Shown: one piece after another, positions 26,831-41,145 of the stretch
Layout: each line of letters begins with the position of its first letter
Numbering within the stretch: the first letter of the stretch is position 1
Assembly: GCA_016906335.1 (NCBI GenBank)
Contig: JADEYG010000012.1
Coordinates: 496,001-560,000 of the forward strand
DNA length: 64,000 nucleotides
Direction: 5' to 3'
Source of the DNA: Novakomyces olei
Taxonomy: Eukaryota
The notes under the pieces: generated by a model
Databases searched by the model: none
What the model saw: only the letters and a program-made list of their open reading frames with translations
What the model was told of the DNA's origin: nothing
Position numbers and translations under genes: made by a program

Positions 26831-28638
26831 ATTTTGATGAGACGAGCGGCTCGTATCGGCCTTTGCTCTTGTATATGCAATACTTTTGTCTGCGCGAGCG
26901 CGCGCCTTTGGCGCGCGCACTTGTTGTATATTATTATGTCCTTTTGCTTCTCAAATCTCGTGCGAGCAGGGGACCGGCAGGTTTGTCTGTCCTCCGCCCC
27001 GAAGCGATTCTTCCACTGGACAATCGGGGTAGAAGATATATGCGCAACTGCCTTTTCTGCCTCGTCTTCAAATCCTCCGTCCGGGTCAAGTGTCCTGGCC
27101 GCCCGTCACAGTGGTGGGGGCAATTTCCTTGTTTTTTTCCTTTATATTTACAAGGCTTAATGGGCAGGACACATGTCTACTTTTGTAATGCGCATAAAAC
27201 AAACGTTATTGTATTAGGTAATTAAGGGCACCGAGGATGATATAATGATGGAAAGAAAGGCGGTTGGTTTGGTAGCAGAATTACAATGTGGGCGGGCGCG
27301 GTTTAGTGCGGGCGCTATACACGGAGCTTTTTCTCGTGGTCGGCTTATATGGAAAGTACGCTTTAACCGGGTTTCGTGTACAGCCAAGTCCATGTCCACT
27401 CTTGTCTATTACCCTCACATATACTGTGTCTGTCATTGTTGGCTTATGCGCCTTCTCGCAGCCATCCGCATCTGTTTATTATGATCGTGTGCACTAACCA
27501 GATTTGGATCGCTGTTTCTATCTGCGTAGTATATGCACGCACATGCAATTCTGCTGGAATATTACTTGAACATTGACCTGTTTTAGATCGGGTTCTATTA
27601 ACCCTTTCTCGGTTTCTAGGGTTTATTTGTGTTTGCCTTTCTGTGTCGGCCCGCGGCCAGGCCAAGGTCTGTACGGCTGTGCAGTTTGCTGGTAGGCGCG
27701 CAATATACAGCCCAATGTACTACTGTTGAAAAATTTTGCACGTACTTTTGTTTATTGTTTGTTATATATTTGTTCTTTGGGGATGGTACACTGTAATCTT
27801 TCTTACATAATGTGCACACACGACATAATAGACCGTGACGTACCCGTCGCATTGCTGTAGAATGAATACATATTATTTACAATTATTCCGCGTCCACTCT
27901 TATGAGCCGGCAATGGACGCAACATCGGCTCGGTATGTTTGTAGACTCTTCATCTTTTCAAATCCGTCAACTGAATCTTTCCGAGTGGAAACTTGTAATA
28001 TACCCAGATTTAGTTAACAAACTAGTACAACGGTGATATATATGCCTCTTGTAGAATAGTAACAGAACGAAATGAACACAAAATATATATACGAAGACTG
28101 CCAGTTGCGTCTGTGGGTGCTGCTATTGTTTGTTTACGCGAGCCTTGGATATAGATCACTCAAAGCGTGGCATGCATACTGCTTCCACATGGACATTCAA
28201 GGAAACAGATAGACTGCCTAAAAGACCATACGCAATAAACAAACGACAAATGTCTAAACTCGTGATATGACTAGCAGAGCCGGATCTATATGACACGCAC
28301 ATGACACTGGCCCCAACTCTGACCAACGAAAAATAAATAAATAAAAAACCGGATCTACTAGAAAGATGTTGGCGCACTACAAACTACTAAACTGATCATT
28401 AATGATGTGTAAACATATATTGAAAGAAGCATGTATATACAATTGACAGTCATCCCTGATTCCCAAAACCAAATGCCATAATTAAACCCGAAAATGATTC
28501 ATAAACCCGGAATCAGTGAACAAGTCACTTGTAACCAGATCACATTCTTCTAATTGGGATCCATTGACGATAAAGTTCAGACGAGGACCACTAAAGAGCC
28601 GAAACTCGCAAGAGCTCAAAAGCAATAGATTAAGCTTC

Positions 28639-29075
28639 TTACAGCTCCTGGGATTGTTTCTTGTCGCCTTTACCAGACTTGGCAGGCAAAAGATTCGAGT
28701 GAATGCCAGGAATTACACCACCCTGAGCAATGGTTACGTGGCCGAGCAACTTATTCAACTCCTCGTCGTTGCGGATGGCCAACTGCAAATGTCGGGGAAT
28801 GATACGGGCTAATGTAAGTAAAAAAATGATATTTAAGGTAGCATACTCTTCTTGTTATCACGGGCGGCGTTACCAGCCAACTCGAGAATTTCAGCTGCAA
28901 GATACTCCAAAACGGCAGCCAGGTACACAGGTGCACCGGCACCAATACGTTGAGCATAGTTTCCCCGGCGCAACAGACGGTGAACACGACCAACTGGGAA
29001 AGCCAACCCGGCCTTCGCAGAGCGCGATTGTGCAGACTTGCTTGCAGCAGCAGCTTTTCCTCCTTTTCCAGACAT
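28639..29075 (-). CDS. HTA1: Histone H2A with SQEL tail (intron 28809-28846)
   Basis: [17 protein letters not shown]...[12 protein letters not shown]...SQEL*. Confidence 0.98.
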
Positions 29076-29142
29076 TTTGTGATAAAAGATGTATGTGAAT
29101 TTGTTGGATTTGTTGTGGGGGGATGGGGATATTTATACTCAA

Positions 29143-29307
29143 GCTGTATCAAAATTATCCGATCAGAAAGAGACCAAAATATACACGAAAATGGGTACAT
29201 TTTAATTACTTAATTATTTATTGTGCTGTATTGGAATTATCCGATCACAAGGAGACCAAAATATACACGAAAAAGGGTACATTTTTCGTTACTTAAATTA
29301 TTTATGC
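29143..29307. repeat. Imperfect tandem duplication, unit about 82 bp, in the H2A promoter
   Basis: GCTGTAT..AATTATCCGATCA..GAGACCAAAATATACACGAAAA.GGGTACATTTT at 29143 and 29225. Confidence 0.9.
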
Positions 29308-29608
29308 TCCTTTAGGACGAAAATACTAAGCTTATGTACTTAGCATGTATGGCGCGAGTAAACTTGTATTTGGTAAAGCGTTCGTAGATGAGCGCTTTCA
29401 AACCATTTCGATGTGTCTAGTACGAGCATTGGAAGTGATGGCCATAGTTCATTGTAACCGAATGCTTCATGGTGCTCATTTGGCTAAGCTATGTATTTTC
29501 ATCTTTGTACAAAATAAATATATAAGTCACAAATATGCAATTCGAAGACGTAATATTTATCTGTTTGTTTACTTGTTTATTTACACATTCTACACGTATA
29601 CGCAAATC

Positions 29609-29626
29609 AGGGTAAGGGTTTGTGAT
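29609..29626 (-). promoter_or_regulatory. Histone AACCCT box (ATCACAAACCCTTACCCT)
   Basis: Near match to the fission-yeast histone element ATCACAACCCTAACCCT, within the H2A-H2B divergent promoter. Confidence 0.75.
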
Positions 29627-29716
29627 ATGGAGAGGGCGCGCTCCCTTTAAATAGAGCGGCGCGTCGCCTCCCGGTAAAGATCAACTCTATCGCAGACAAT
29701 TTCATACTCTGTTACA

Positions 29717-30177
<461 letters not shown>

Positions 30178-32794
30178 TGTTGTTTTTTGATTTATGTCGC
30201 ACTATTTGCCTGGGAATTATACGGATAGGGTGATGTTGACTTGTACATAATTAAATTGGCTCCTGCCTCCGTATTTTCAGTCATACATATAAATGGTTCA
30301 TTACACATTCGACTTTTAACCAAATGTAAAGTACTTTGTATTTTGCAGTGCTGACTTTGATGTTTATATAGTCATGTAGCGCGAGTGTTTGATGTAAATA
30401 TTTTTTTTTGTAACATGCTGGGTTCACATTGGTCTACTCGCGTCTAGGCAATTTTGAGGCAATGATATTTTTATGTCTCCGATCGAGATAGTTAAATTTG
30501 GTCTAAGCATTCGTACTCTTGTGCCGAACCAGGCTACAGGTCCGCGAGACTTGTATGGCTACGTTGATTATGCTGAAAATATGCAACAATAATAATGTTA
30601 AATCGTTAGTGTATAGGACGCGGTCAATAGAGAAGAGAGACGCTTGGGAATATTTTGTTTTTTTTTTCATATCGTCCGTGCGTCGGTACTAATACCTTAT
30701 CTGGAAATCACTTGCGTGTATTTGAAGGCAAGTCGCTTTTTAACACTATAAGAGTGGATGATGTACTATTTTATGAGACGTGTAAACGTGTTATGGGTTC
30801 TTGAATGCTGTCTTTTTCAATTCAGAGCATGAAAAGTTGGACAAGGATAAAAAAATGATTATCTGCGCTGATGTTATGTTGTATTGTTCACTTGTAATCC
30901 TATATTCGTGTATTAATTGCATGTAGACACTGGCAACAATCTGTGTTTGGCTTTCTATTTAGCTTGATGTTTTGAATTCGCATATGTTGGTTCCTCTAGA
31001 AATGGCTATATGTTCCGATCCTGTAGATATGTAATTAAATATCGGCAACGGCACCATTTGTATTTGGAACATTTGGGAGCTATTTTGTGAATAGGATAAA
31101 GCAAGTATTGGAAACCATTAGAATTACAGCTGTTCTTGTTTCGGTATGTGAGTTTGATTAATTTTATAGAATATCAGCGAATAATGAAATTAGGGTTTTG
31201 TCCTTCCAATGCCTACGTTATAGAACGATCAGACTAGTGGGATAAAGAATGAAAATAAGTACAAGGAGACAAGTGGTGAGATTGAACAGTCAATCTTTTG
31301 AGCGACTATGATAAACCGACAGAATGAATGCACATGGAACTTTTCACGTGCCCGAGAATAAAAGTATATGGATATAAATGAAAGCATCCAAACCGTAATA
31401 CTTTTAACTTCTTCATTACTTGCTGCATGCTGGTCTTCCCCGCATTTTCGGTCTCCTTATAAGTCTTGAATTACTTTGGCGACGGGTAAAAAGCTGCTGC
31501 TCGGCCGGGTAGGCCAATGCCTACAAGGAACAACTTTTTTCAATATATAAACAAATTATCAGATTAGTAGAGTACAAATCTTATTTGTTGTGTGCCTAGT
31601 CTTGAGCCAAAATTATCTGATCTTTTTCCGAAATAGACATCTTCGCCCTGCAGACGGCTTTTGACGACTCTATTTTTGTCGTGTTTGCTGACACCAAGAA
31701 GCAAAGCTTGAGCCTAATTTGTGGAGAGCCATAGTATTCGAATTATTTAAATAGTGTACACGATTGCCTGCGCTACAATAGTTCAAACGTACCGGGACAG
31801 TGGCCGTATTAAAATACGCCATTCACTTATAGCACGTGCATAGCGCGATCAGGTTTCAATTATATATAGGCCGCGCGGGTCGTCATTAAAGAATACTACA
31901 GAAAGAACAAGGTACTGGAAAAAAAGAGGGACAAGAATTGAGCGCGGTGCGGTGTGGCTTTTCCTTGACGCCGCTCGTCAGGTCCAATCCACCGGGCTGG
32001 TTACAGCGCAATAGGCACGCACATACAAATTCGCAATAAATAAACAAATAATAATTAATTAATAATTAAATAATTAAATAATTTACGACGACATTAATTA
32101 TACTTGGAATACTACTCTGATCCCAAGTCAGGGCTTTGCCGACAAATGCAAATCAGCGACGGCATTACATACTGAAAGCACAAGAACAGGAAACGGCAGT
32201 ATACGGCCGCGGCTATTTTATCGACACACTCTCAAGCTGATTATCGCTACATTTCAATTTGCATACTCAGCGACTGGTCGATCAGTTCCAAGGTACCGTC
32301 AACGCTAACACGGGACAAACTCTCTATACCCAAGCCAAAATTCCGGAGCATAGGAACGTACAACGGACGGAAAGCAACTAGCAAAATTAAAAAGGCAAAG
32401 TGTGGATTTGAAGCGACTCCCGGCACGCTGGACCGGTATCTGTGTGGGAAATATTTGTTGGGGTTGAACGGAAAAATTACTGGGAGAGGAGCATTTCGCA
32501 TACAGAGGCAAACGGTACAGAGCCGTGTGGAAAAAAGGGGCAAGGGTCCTCATTGGGCTTTGCTTGTCTATCAATATATACTTGAAGCCTGTATAATATT
32601 TGTTTGTTTACTGATCGTGTATTTGGTACCTGGGCGCTGATTGATTCCTTGTAACTGGGTTGATTCTACGGTCGACAATACCCGAACTTCAAAAAATTTT
32701 ATTTTTATTTTTCTGTATTGTGTGAATATTTGTGAGGAACATCGCGCACGCGTGACCTTTTCTGCTGTGCTCGGCTCATTGTGCGAAAAAAAGC

Positions 32795-35338
32795 GTGGGC
32801 GCTCCCCTTATCGTATTCCAAACAATTCCCGACAAAATCGAATCAAGTGATATGATAGGTGAGCATGTTTTAACCACACATATGGAACTTGATCGGACGG
32901 GAAAGGTACCACGCAAGCAAGAGCATCTCGTGCCTGGCAAGGCATTAGTGCGCACTGGAAAGAAGCCCCATGATTTGATTGCCATGAGGAAAGCTAAGCC
33001 CGCGCATGTGCATATGTGTATTATGGCGGAAAAACAAGCCAATTACGCGCCTCTTCCGCCACAGGAAGCTCAGAGCGGAGCCGATCGGAATACTTATAAA
33101 CACACAGGGTGTGATCTTCCAGGTGCATGTGTTGAGAGTGTGTGTTGCGAGAAAGATCATTCAATGGACGGCCCTCTTCACTATATCCACACCAACCACG
33201 GAAACGGTTTGCACGTAACGAATACTTCATCTCCGTCTGTCCCGCGAAGCAACAGCAACAGTCACAATAACGATATTACTGTATACAGCGGCGATTTCTG
33301 CAAGCACACCCTTGATTATGCACACGGATCTCCTACTATGAGCAATTATTCTAATTTTTTATTGAACAATCAGCATTCTCATGCTCAATTCTACAACAAT
33401 GCCACAGTCGAACAACAATCTTCAGCGTCAGCGATTGCAACACAACACCAGCAATTACCAGATAGTGCGCAAGACTGGCAGCAAGAATACGTACAAAAAA
33501 ATTATCGTCCTTCTGAATTAGATGGTGAAATCAAAGCTGTCAGTGGAGACAATTACCACCTGCAAACCCTACGCGGGTCCGGGGTTCAGGAGGGTGCGAC
33601 AGACTGTGAGTGTGATAATAATCCATCCTTTCCAATGGCCGCTTCTCATGCTCCGACATCGTTTATCTTAGACTTTTGTGATGCTGGTTGGCTGCCTGTG
33701 TACGAGTGTGATGATCAGCATTGCTCTGATCAAGAGCATAATGCTTTATGCCATATACCCGATTGCTCAATCAACGAGCCAAACAGTTTACTCTGCACAG
33801 ACTCTGCGTGTAATAAACCAGACTATTCCGTTGTTCATTGCAGCGAAGAGGACTTGTATTCCTGCACAGCGCATGGAAACTCTTGCGACTTTCACGGTAC
33901 TCATAACAACCAACACCAACACCAACACCACCATCACCATCATTTTATTCAGAATCGGCATCAAACACCAAATCAGACTCAAAAGGCACACCAGTACCTG
34001 GAAAGCAAAGTCCATCCTATGAACGATGGAAAGCTTGACAAGGCAGGAGACAAAGCAAGGATTGCTGCTATGGACCCAGTAAAGGCAGATAGTTCTATTG
34101 CATTCGTGGACCCGAGCAATAACAATACTAGTATATTAGTTGAAGAAAGTCACAGCAAGCCTGGAGCAGCAGCAAACATTATGCGGGCGGCTTCGTTCCC
34201 TCTTCTTGAAAGCTGCTCACCTTCCTCGACACAGTCAAGCTTTACACTGAACGGAACGCTTAGTGCCAAGAGCGATACAAGCATAAACGCGTATGCGCCT
34301 TTAGAATTCGATTCCGACAGAGCCAAAAGGCAATGCCTGGAGAGTGCTAGTCAAAAGCCTGCTTCAGGTCGTCATATGACATCAACACGGACTGAACCAA
34401 TGGTACAAATGCCGACAGACTCACACATGATGCATCCTGGGCTTATGACTGCCAGGGGAAAACCTGACATTTACCATTGCCACTGGGATTCCTGCCAAAT
34501 GACGTTTCCCGATGCTCTAGAGTTCAATGAACACATTATAGACGATCATTTGGCTGCCTTGCAAGCGGCAGTGGAGGAGGACAGTTCCGTAATGGAACAG
34601 CTAGCGAGTATCTCGCGTACGGAAAATGAAGGTGGTACTCAATCAAAGGCAAATGACATGGACAGTAAACCCCAAATGGAAGGGGAATCGCAAATTACAA
34701 CAGAGATGGCAAATGCCAATGGCTATGGCAATTTGCTCGAATGCAAATGGGATTCCTGTGGTGCACGGCCAAAGGCAGTAAACGAGTTACGCAGCCATTT
34801 ACGCAGTCACTGGCAGCAACGTGGAGGTGGACCCTTGGCAGAGCATCATCAATGCCAGTGGGTAGTGGACACTGGGACAGGAGCAATCTGTGGAGAGTGC
34901 CTTGGATCCGCTGAGGATTTGAGTAAGCATGTAGTTAGCAAACACGTAGGCAGCCGTAAGCCTACTTACACATGTATGTGGTCAGAGTGTTCTCGCGAAG
35001 GCCGGCCTTTTGCACAAAAGCAAAAAATTCTAAGGCACCTTCAGATCCACACGCACCACCGTCCATGGGCCTGTGATATTTGCGGACACAGATTCAGCGA
35101 GGAACATGCCATGATGCAGCACCGTAGAACGCACACGGGCGAGCGTCCTTTTGTATGTGGAGAATGTGGGAAGGCTTTTTCTGCAAGCACAGCTCTAAGT
35201 GTGCACATGCGACTACATACAGGACACAAGCCGTTAATATGCCGATACCCAGGCTGTGGTAAACGGTTCAATGAATCCTCAAACCTTGCAAAGCATATGC
35301 GAATGCATGCGCGGCAGGAGGAGAGGCATTCTCTGTAA
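32795..35338 (+). CDS. ZAP1: Zap1/ZafA-type zinc-responsive C2H2 transcription factor; true start uncertain, possibly ATG 33023
   Basis: Cys/His-rich N-terminal region; seven C2H2 fingers, including FAQKQKILRHLQIH and FNESSNLAKHMRMH. Confidence 0.82.
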   Translation: MGAPLIVFQTIPDKIESSDMIGEHVLTTHMELDRTGKVPRKQEHLVPGKALVRTGKKPHDLIAMRKAKPAHVHMCIMAEKQANYAPLPPQEAQSGADRNTYKHTGCDLPGACVESVCCEKDHSMDGPLHYIHTNHGNGLHVTNTSSPSVPRSNSNSHNNDITVYSGDFCKHTLDYAHGSPTMSNYSNFLLNNQHSHAQFYNNATVEQQSSASAIATQHQQLPDSAQDWQQEYVQKNYRPSELDGEIKAVSGDNYHLQTLRGSGVQEGATDCECDNNPSFPMAASHAPTSFILDFCDAGWLPVYECDDQHCSDQEHNALCHIPDCSINEPNSLLCTDSACNKPDYSVVHCSEEDLYSCTAHGNSCDFHGTHNNQHQHQHHHHHHFIQNRHQTPNQTQKAHQYLESKVHPMNDGKLDKAGDKARIAAMDPVKADSSIAFVDPSNNNTSILVEESHSKPGAAANIMRAASFPLLESCSPSSTQSSFTLNGTLSAKSDTSINAYAPLEFDSDRAKRQCLESASQKPASGRHMTSTRTEPMVQMPTDSHMMHPGLMTARGKPDIYHCHWDSCQMTFPDALEFNEHIIDDHLAALQAAVEEDSSVMEQLASISRTENEGGTQSKANDMDSKPQMEGESQITTEMANANGYGNLLECKWDSCGARPKAVNELRSHLRSHWQQRGGGPLAEHHQCQWVVDTGTGAICGECLGSAEDLSKHVVSKHVGSRKPTYTCMWSECSREGRPFAQKQKILRHLQIHTHHRPWACDICGHRFSEEHAMMQHRRTHTGERPFVCGECGKAFSASTALSVHMRLHTGHKPLICRYPGCGKRFNESSNLAKHMRMHARQEERHSL

Positions 35339-35626
35339 TATTCCCACATTGAAAAGTGGAATTCACCACAATAAAAGCAAAGCAAAGAAATAAAAGGATA
35401 AAATGGCAGCGGTTGACTCAACGCGTCAATTCGACGCGTCGACTTTTTATAGATTACACCTCGAAATTATGTACAGAAGGGGTGTCGTGTGAACGTGTAT
35501 CGACTTGTTTTGATTATGGATTCTTTGAACGCATTTAATTGCCTCTATTTCGCGTATTAGTTTTGCGCAACTCGGTCGCGGAGTTTTGCGACAGGTTAAT
35601 AATAATAATATATATATATACGTTTA

Positions 35627-35703
35627 GAATACATTTTCATTTGGAATACATTTTCATTTGGAATACATTTTCATTTGGAATACATTTTCATTTGGAATAC
35701 ATT
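35627..35703. repeat. 17-bp minisatellite (GAATACATTTTCATTTG) x4.5
   Basis: Direct reading. Confidence 0.95.
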
Positions 35704-36398
35704 AAAATGATTGACATAAGCACAGAATCTAATAAATAATATATATTATATTATAAACCTTTGTAATATCATCAACCATGTATGTCGGCTACAAGACTAA
35801 TACTATTCGCAAGACTTCATTCGCAGCAGTATTACTTGATCTCATCCCATTTCGAGTCCGGCCGGCTAGGCAGGGTTTTCGGAAGTACGCCATTGCTTCC
35901 GCCTGTTCCGGCACGCCCCGGCTGTCTAGTTGCCGAACACAGGGTTAGGGTTTGGAGTCGGGACCAGATTGTGGTTCGCGAGGGTGGCACGAGTCTCCAA
36001 GTTGCGCGCAATTCGGAGCGTGTCGCGCGTCAAACACTGCGACACGGGTAAGGATCGTGTACGCCGAGCTCTATTTTATGTATTTTTTCATAATAAAGAA
36101 CGGTCGACTTTCTCGCGATAATATCCAACCATTCCTGGTAGAAAATACGCGCTTCTCAAGTCTTTCCTATTAAGTGGCCGGAGTATACAAGGGGCAAGCG
36201 GTTACCAATTCGGCGCCGGGAGAAATCGCGTTGAATAAAAACCGTAGAATAAAATTATACACATTAAAAGTTTAGGGGAAAAATAAAAAGGTGGCCCTCC
36301 CCATCACTTTAATTTCCCAACGTCCACCACAGGCACTGCACTCTTTGTCGCTGTCGCCGTTTGCATTTGATATCCAAAGGCGCGTTCCGTAATTACAG

Positions 36399-36743
36399 GT
36401 GAGTACTTAAATTCCTGGAAGCATTATACGCTGGCACTTTACATGACGATTTACAGGCGGCAGCAGGACGGGCCAATGCTCGAACTGTCGTGTGGTCGGT
36501 CCGTGGGACCGCGTCTGCTGTGCTGACCTTTAGCTACATTTTCATTGGATTTTCTTTTCGTTTCGTCTATTTTTATTTATTTATTTGTGTATTTAATTAA
36601 TTGTGTATCTATGTATTTATTTATTTATTTGTGTATGTATTTATTAGTGTCTATCAAGTACATATATACTTGTTACTTGACGTGTGAATATATATACACA
36701 TATCCGAAGAAAAACTTTTCAACTCGAATACTAACCGGTCCAG
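36399..36743 (+). other. Probable 5'-UTR intron of the ADP/ATP carrier gene
   Basis: CAG|GTGAGT donor, TACTAAC branch, CAG acceptor 42 nt before the ATG. Confidence 0.7.
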
Positions 36744-36785
36744 AGCCGTTACTCATCACTCTATACATAACCTCGATCTATCACA

Positions 36786-37712
36786 ATGGCTGATCAGGCA
36801 AACCAAAAGTCCAACTTTTTGTTGGACTTCCTCATGGGCGGTGTGTCCGCTGCCGTCTCCAAGACGGCTGCCGCCCCCATTGAGCGTGTGAAACTTCTTA
36901 TCCAGAACCAGGATGAGATGATCCGCGCTGGCCGTCTTTCTCGCCGCTACGACGGTATCTCTGAGTGCTTCTCCCGTACCATTAAGGAGGAGGGCGCCGT
37001 TTCGTTGTGGCGTGGCAACACTGCTAACGTTTTGCGTTACTTCCCTACCCAGGCTCTCAACTTTGCCTTCAAGGACTACTTCAAGAAGATCTTTGGCTTC
37101 AAGAAGGAGCGCGATGGCTACAACATGTGGCTGCTCGGCAACATTGGTGCCGGTGGTGCTGCTGGTGCTTCTTCTCTGTTGTTTGTCTACTCTCTCGACT
37201 ATGCTCGTACCCGTTTGGCCAACGACGCCAAGTCGGCCAAGAAGGAGGGCGGTGGACGCCAATTCAACGGTCTCGTCGATGTGTACCGCAAGACTCTTGC
37301 CTCTGATGGTGTCCGTGGCTTGTACCGTGGCTTTGGCCCCTCTGTTTTGGGTATTATGGTCTACCGTGGTCTCTACTTTGGTCTGTACGATTCGCTCAAG
37401 CCTGTTGTCCTTACTGGTCCTCTTGAGGGCTCTTTCCTCGCCTCTTTTGCTCTCGGATGGGCCGTCACTGTCGGATCTGGTGTCGCCTCGTACCCGCTTG
37501 ATACCGTACGTCGTCGCATGATGATGACTTCTGGCGAAGCCGTCAAGTACAGCTCTTCCTTCCAGGCCTTCCAGCAGATCGTCTCCCAGGAGGGCGCAAA
37601 GTCTCTGTTCAAGGGCGCTGGCGCCAACATTCTGCGTGGTGTTGCAGGTGCTGGTGTGCTGGCTCTGTACGATCAAGTGCAGCTTTTGCTCTTTGGCAAG
37701 GCCTACAAGTAA
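36786..37712 (+). CDS. AAC: Mitochondrial ADP/ATP carrier
   Basis: [14 protein letters not shown] signature; strong codon bias. Confidence 0.98.
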   Translation: MADQANQKSNFLLDFLMGGVSAAVSKTAAAPIERVKLLIQNQDEMIRAGRLSRRYDGISECFSRTIKEEGAVSLWRGNTANVLRYFPTQALNFAFKDYFKKIFGFKKERDGYNMWLLGNIGAGGAAGASSLLFVYSLDYARTRLANDAKSAKKEGGGRQFNGLVDVYRKTLASDGVRGLYRGFGPSVLGIMVYRGLYFGLYDSLKPVVLTGPLEGSFLASFALGWAVTVGSGVASYPLDTVRRRMMMTSGEAVKYSSSFQAFQQIVSQEGAKSLFKGAGANILRGVAGAGVLALYDQVQLLLFGKAYK

Positions 37713-38463
37713 ACATTAGGACACGTTTGCTTTAGTGTATACGTGTGCGCGATATTACTACACGCTAGTATTGTTGTTGTTTTGCTGCAGCTTCTACTCC
37801 CGCCCCTAAAGTTTTTGGGCGTAGAATTAATAAATTATTGCACTAGAACCGTGTTTGCCTGTAATGCCTGTTTTATTATTGCTCCGAATCAAGCTTGCGT
37901 CGACAGTTTGGTAATTGGCTGTATTAGAGTCGCTGTAAACTGCATTTGCCAAAGTAAACTTGCAAGCCGCTCATTGAATAGATATCCGTCCGTCTGCTTT
38001 TAAATTGCTCTCCGTCTGGACATTATTTGTTACCGAGATAGCCGCGGCCAATCGTATTCTTTTGCCATTCAATAATATCCCACATTCTAATTATCTCTAT
38101 TATTATCTCTATTATTATCTCTAATTATCTCTAATATTATCTCGATATCAATTCTGTTTAACCTTTAATAATCGGAGCTCCACATAATATTAATAACCGC
38201 TTCAAAGTATGAATATTTCCTACATTATTATCGATGTATATATTCCAATATTATGGACAGATGAATACACTCTTGTCGCGCGACCACGGAAAATATACAA
38301 AATATATAAATATATAAATACATAAAAAAGATAAAAATATTAAATATATAAATATATAAAAATATAAAAATATATAAAATATATCACGGCTGGCGATAGC
38401 GGCGTGTAAGACCAGAGCAATTGCGAGGGTACGGTCCACTATATACGGCTGCGCTATGAGAAA

Positions 38464-39210
38464 ATGTCAGTCAAATCGGTTGTGCTTATAAGGCACGGAG
38501 AAGCGGAGCACAATGTGGGCGACGTGTACACGATCCCCGATCCTCATCTGACGCAGTTTGGCCGAGAGCAATGTGCTCATCTGCGGGAGACTCTGACGTG
38601 GGGATTGCGGGATGAATTGCGGCAAAAGCACACTCTTGTGTCCCCACTGAGGCGGACGCTGGAGACGTTTAGGTTAGGGTTACCCCCGCTGCCGGCTGGA
38701 AGCGTGCAGGCGCTTCCAGAACTACAGGAGACGGGCGGTTATCCGTGTGATACGCCTTCGCCTATCGGCACAGTAGAAGCAGAATTTGGAGGGGACAAGA
38801 GCGAGTTTGACTTTAGCCGCTGCCATGCTGCCGGTGCTACTCTTACAAGCAAGTCAGGGTTTTTTTCTCCATCAAAGCCAGCGCTTATGCGCCGGGCGCA
38901 ATGGGTGCTGCGGTACCTTGCAAGCTTGCAGGGACCAGAAGAATGCGTAATCGTAGCGCACGGATCGCTGATTCGGTACCTCACTGGCCTCCATATAGAC
39001 TTTGACGATAGTTACACGCTTGCTTACTATGGCAACTGCGAAGTACGGAGGTACATTTTGGTCAGGCCTCCGCATTTGCTTCCGCCTGAGCCTGATTTGC
39101 CGTGGACTGGCGAAAGCGCCATTGATCCTAAAGACCCGGCGACGCGCGTCCGTTTGCAGCTGGCCGAGACGCTTTACCGGCATGAAAAGGTTCGCATTCC
39201 TGCTCCGTGA
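38464..39210 (+). CDS. Histidine phosphatase / phosphoglycerate mutase-like protein
   Basis: LIRHGEAEHN, VSPLRRTLET, ELQE..PCDT, VAHG. Confidence 0.9.
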   Translation: MSVKSVVLIRHGEAEHNVGDVYTIPDPHLTQFGREQCAHLRETLTWGLRDELRQKHTLVSPLRRTLETFRLGLPPLPAGSVQALPELQETGGYPCDTPSPIGTVEAEFGGDKSEFDFSRCHAAGATLTSKSGFFSPSKPALMRRAQWVLRYLASLQGPEECVIVAHGSLIRYLTGLHIDFDDSYTLAYYGNCEVRRYILVRPPHLLPPEPDLPWTGESAIDPKDPATRVRLQLAETLYRHEKVRIPAP

Positions 39211-39458
39211 TGGAAGAGGGTCAGGTATAGAGTTTCCTAGAATCTGCTCCTGCTCACTCAGATTGATACATGGCGTTGCTGACAAGTATTTACTACTAGA
39301 CTAGTACTAGAGTTTGCCGCATGGACTAGACGCATACGTTACGTACTAGACGATTAAAGATAATAAAACGTTTATTTATTCGGGGTTTAGGTTCAAAATT
39401 GACTAGTCATTATACAAACATTATTTGCCACCAGCCGCAGGCTATTCCAGGGTATTTC

Positions 39459-41021
<1,563 letters not shown>

Positions 41022-41145
41022 GTCGGAAGGTCGCGTTTAACGCGCGTCACGTGATGAATTCTATAGAGATTTGTGCGGTTGGAACAAGTAAATAGTGTGT
41101 ATAATAAAATAATAAATAAATAGATAAAAAGATAGATAGATAGAT

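Noticed and set aside
35938-35953. Telomerase RNA template
   Set aside because: The same motif recurs at several promoters, the interval is short for a fungal telomerase RNA, and no U-rich pseudoknot is seen; kept only as an ncRNA candidate
36756-37676. 306-aa antisense ORF over AAC
   Set aside because: Shadow of the strong codon bias of a highly expressed gene; no recognisable motifs
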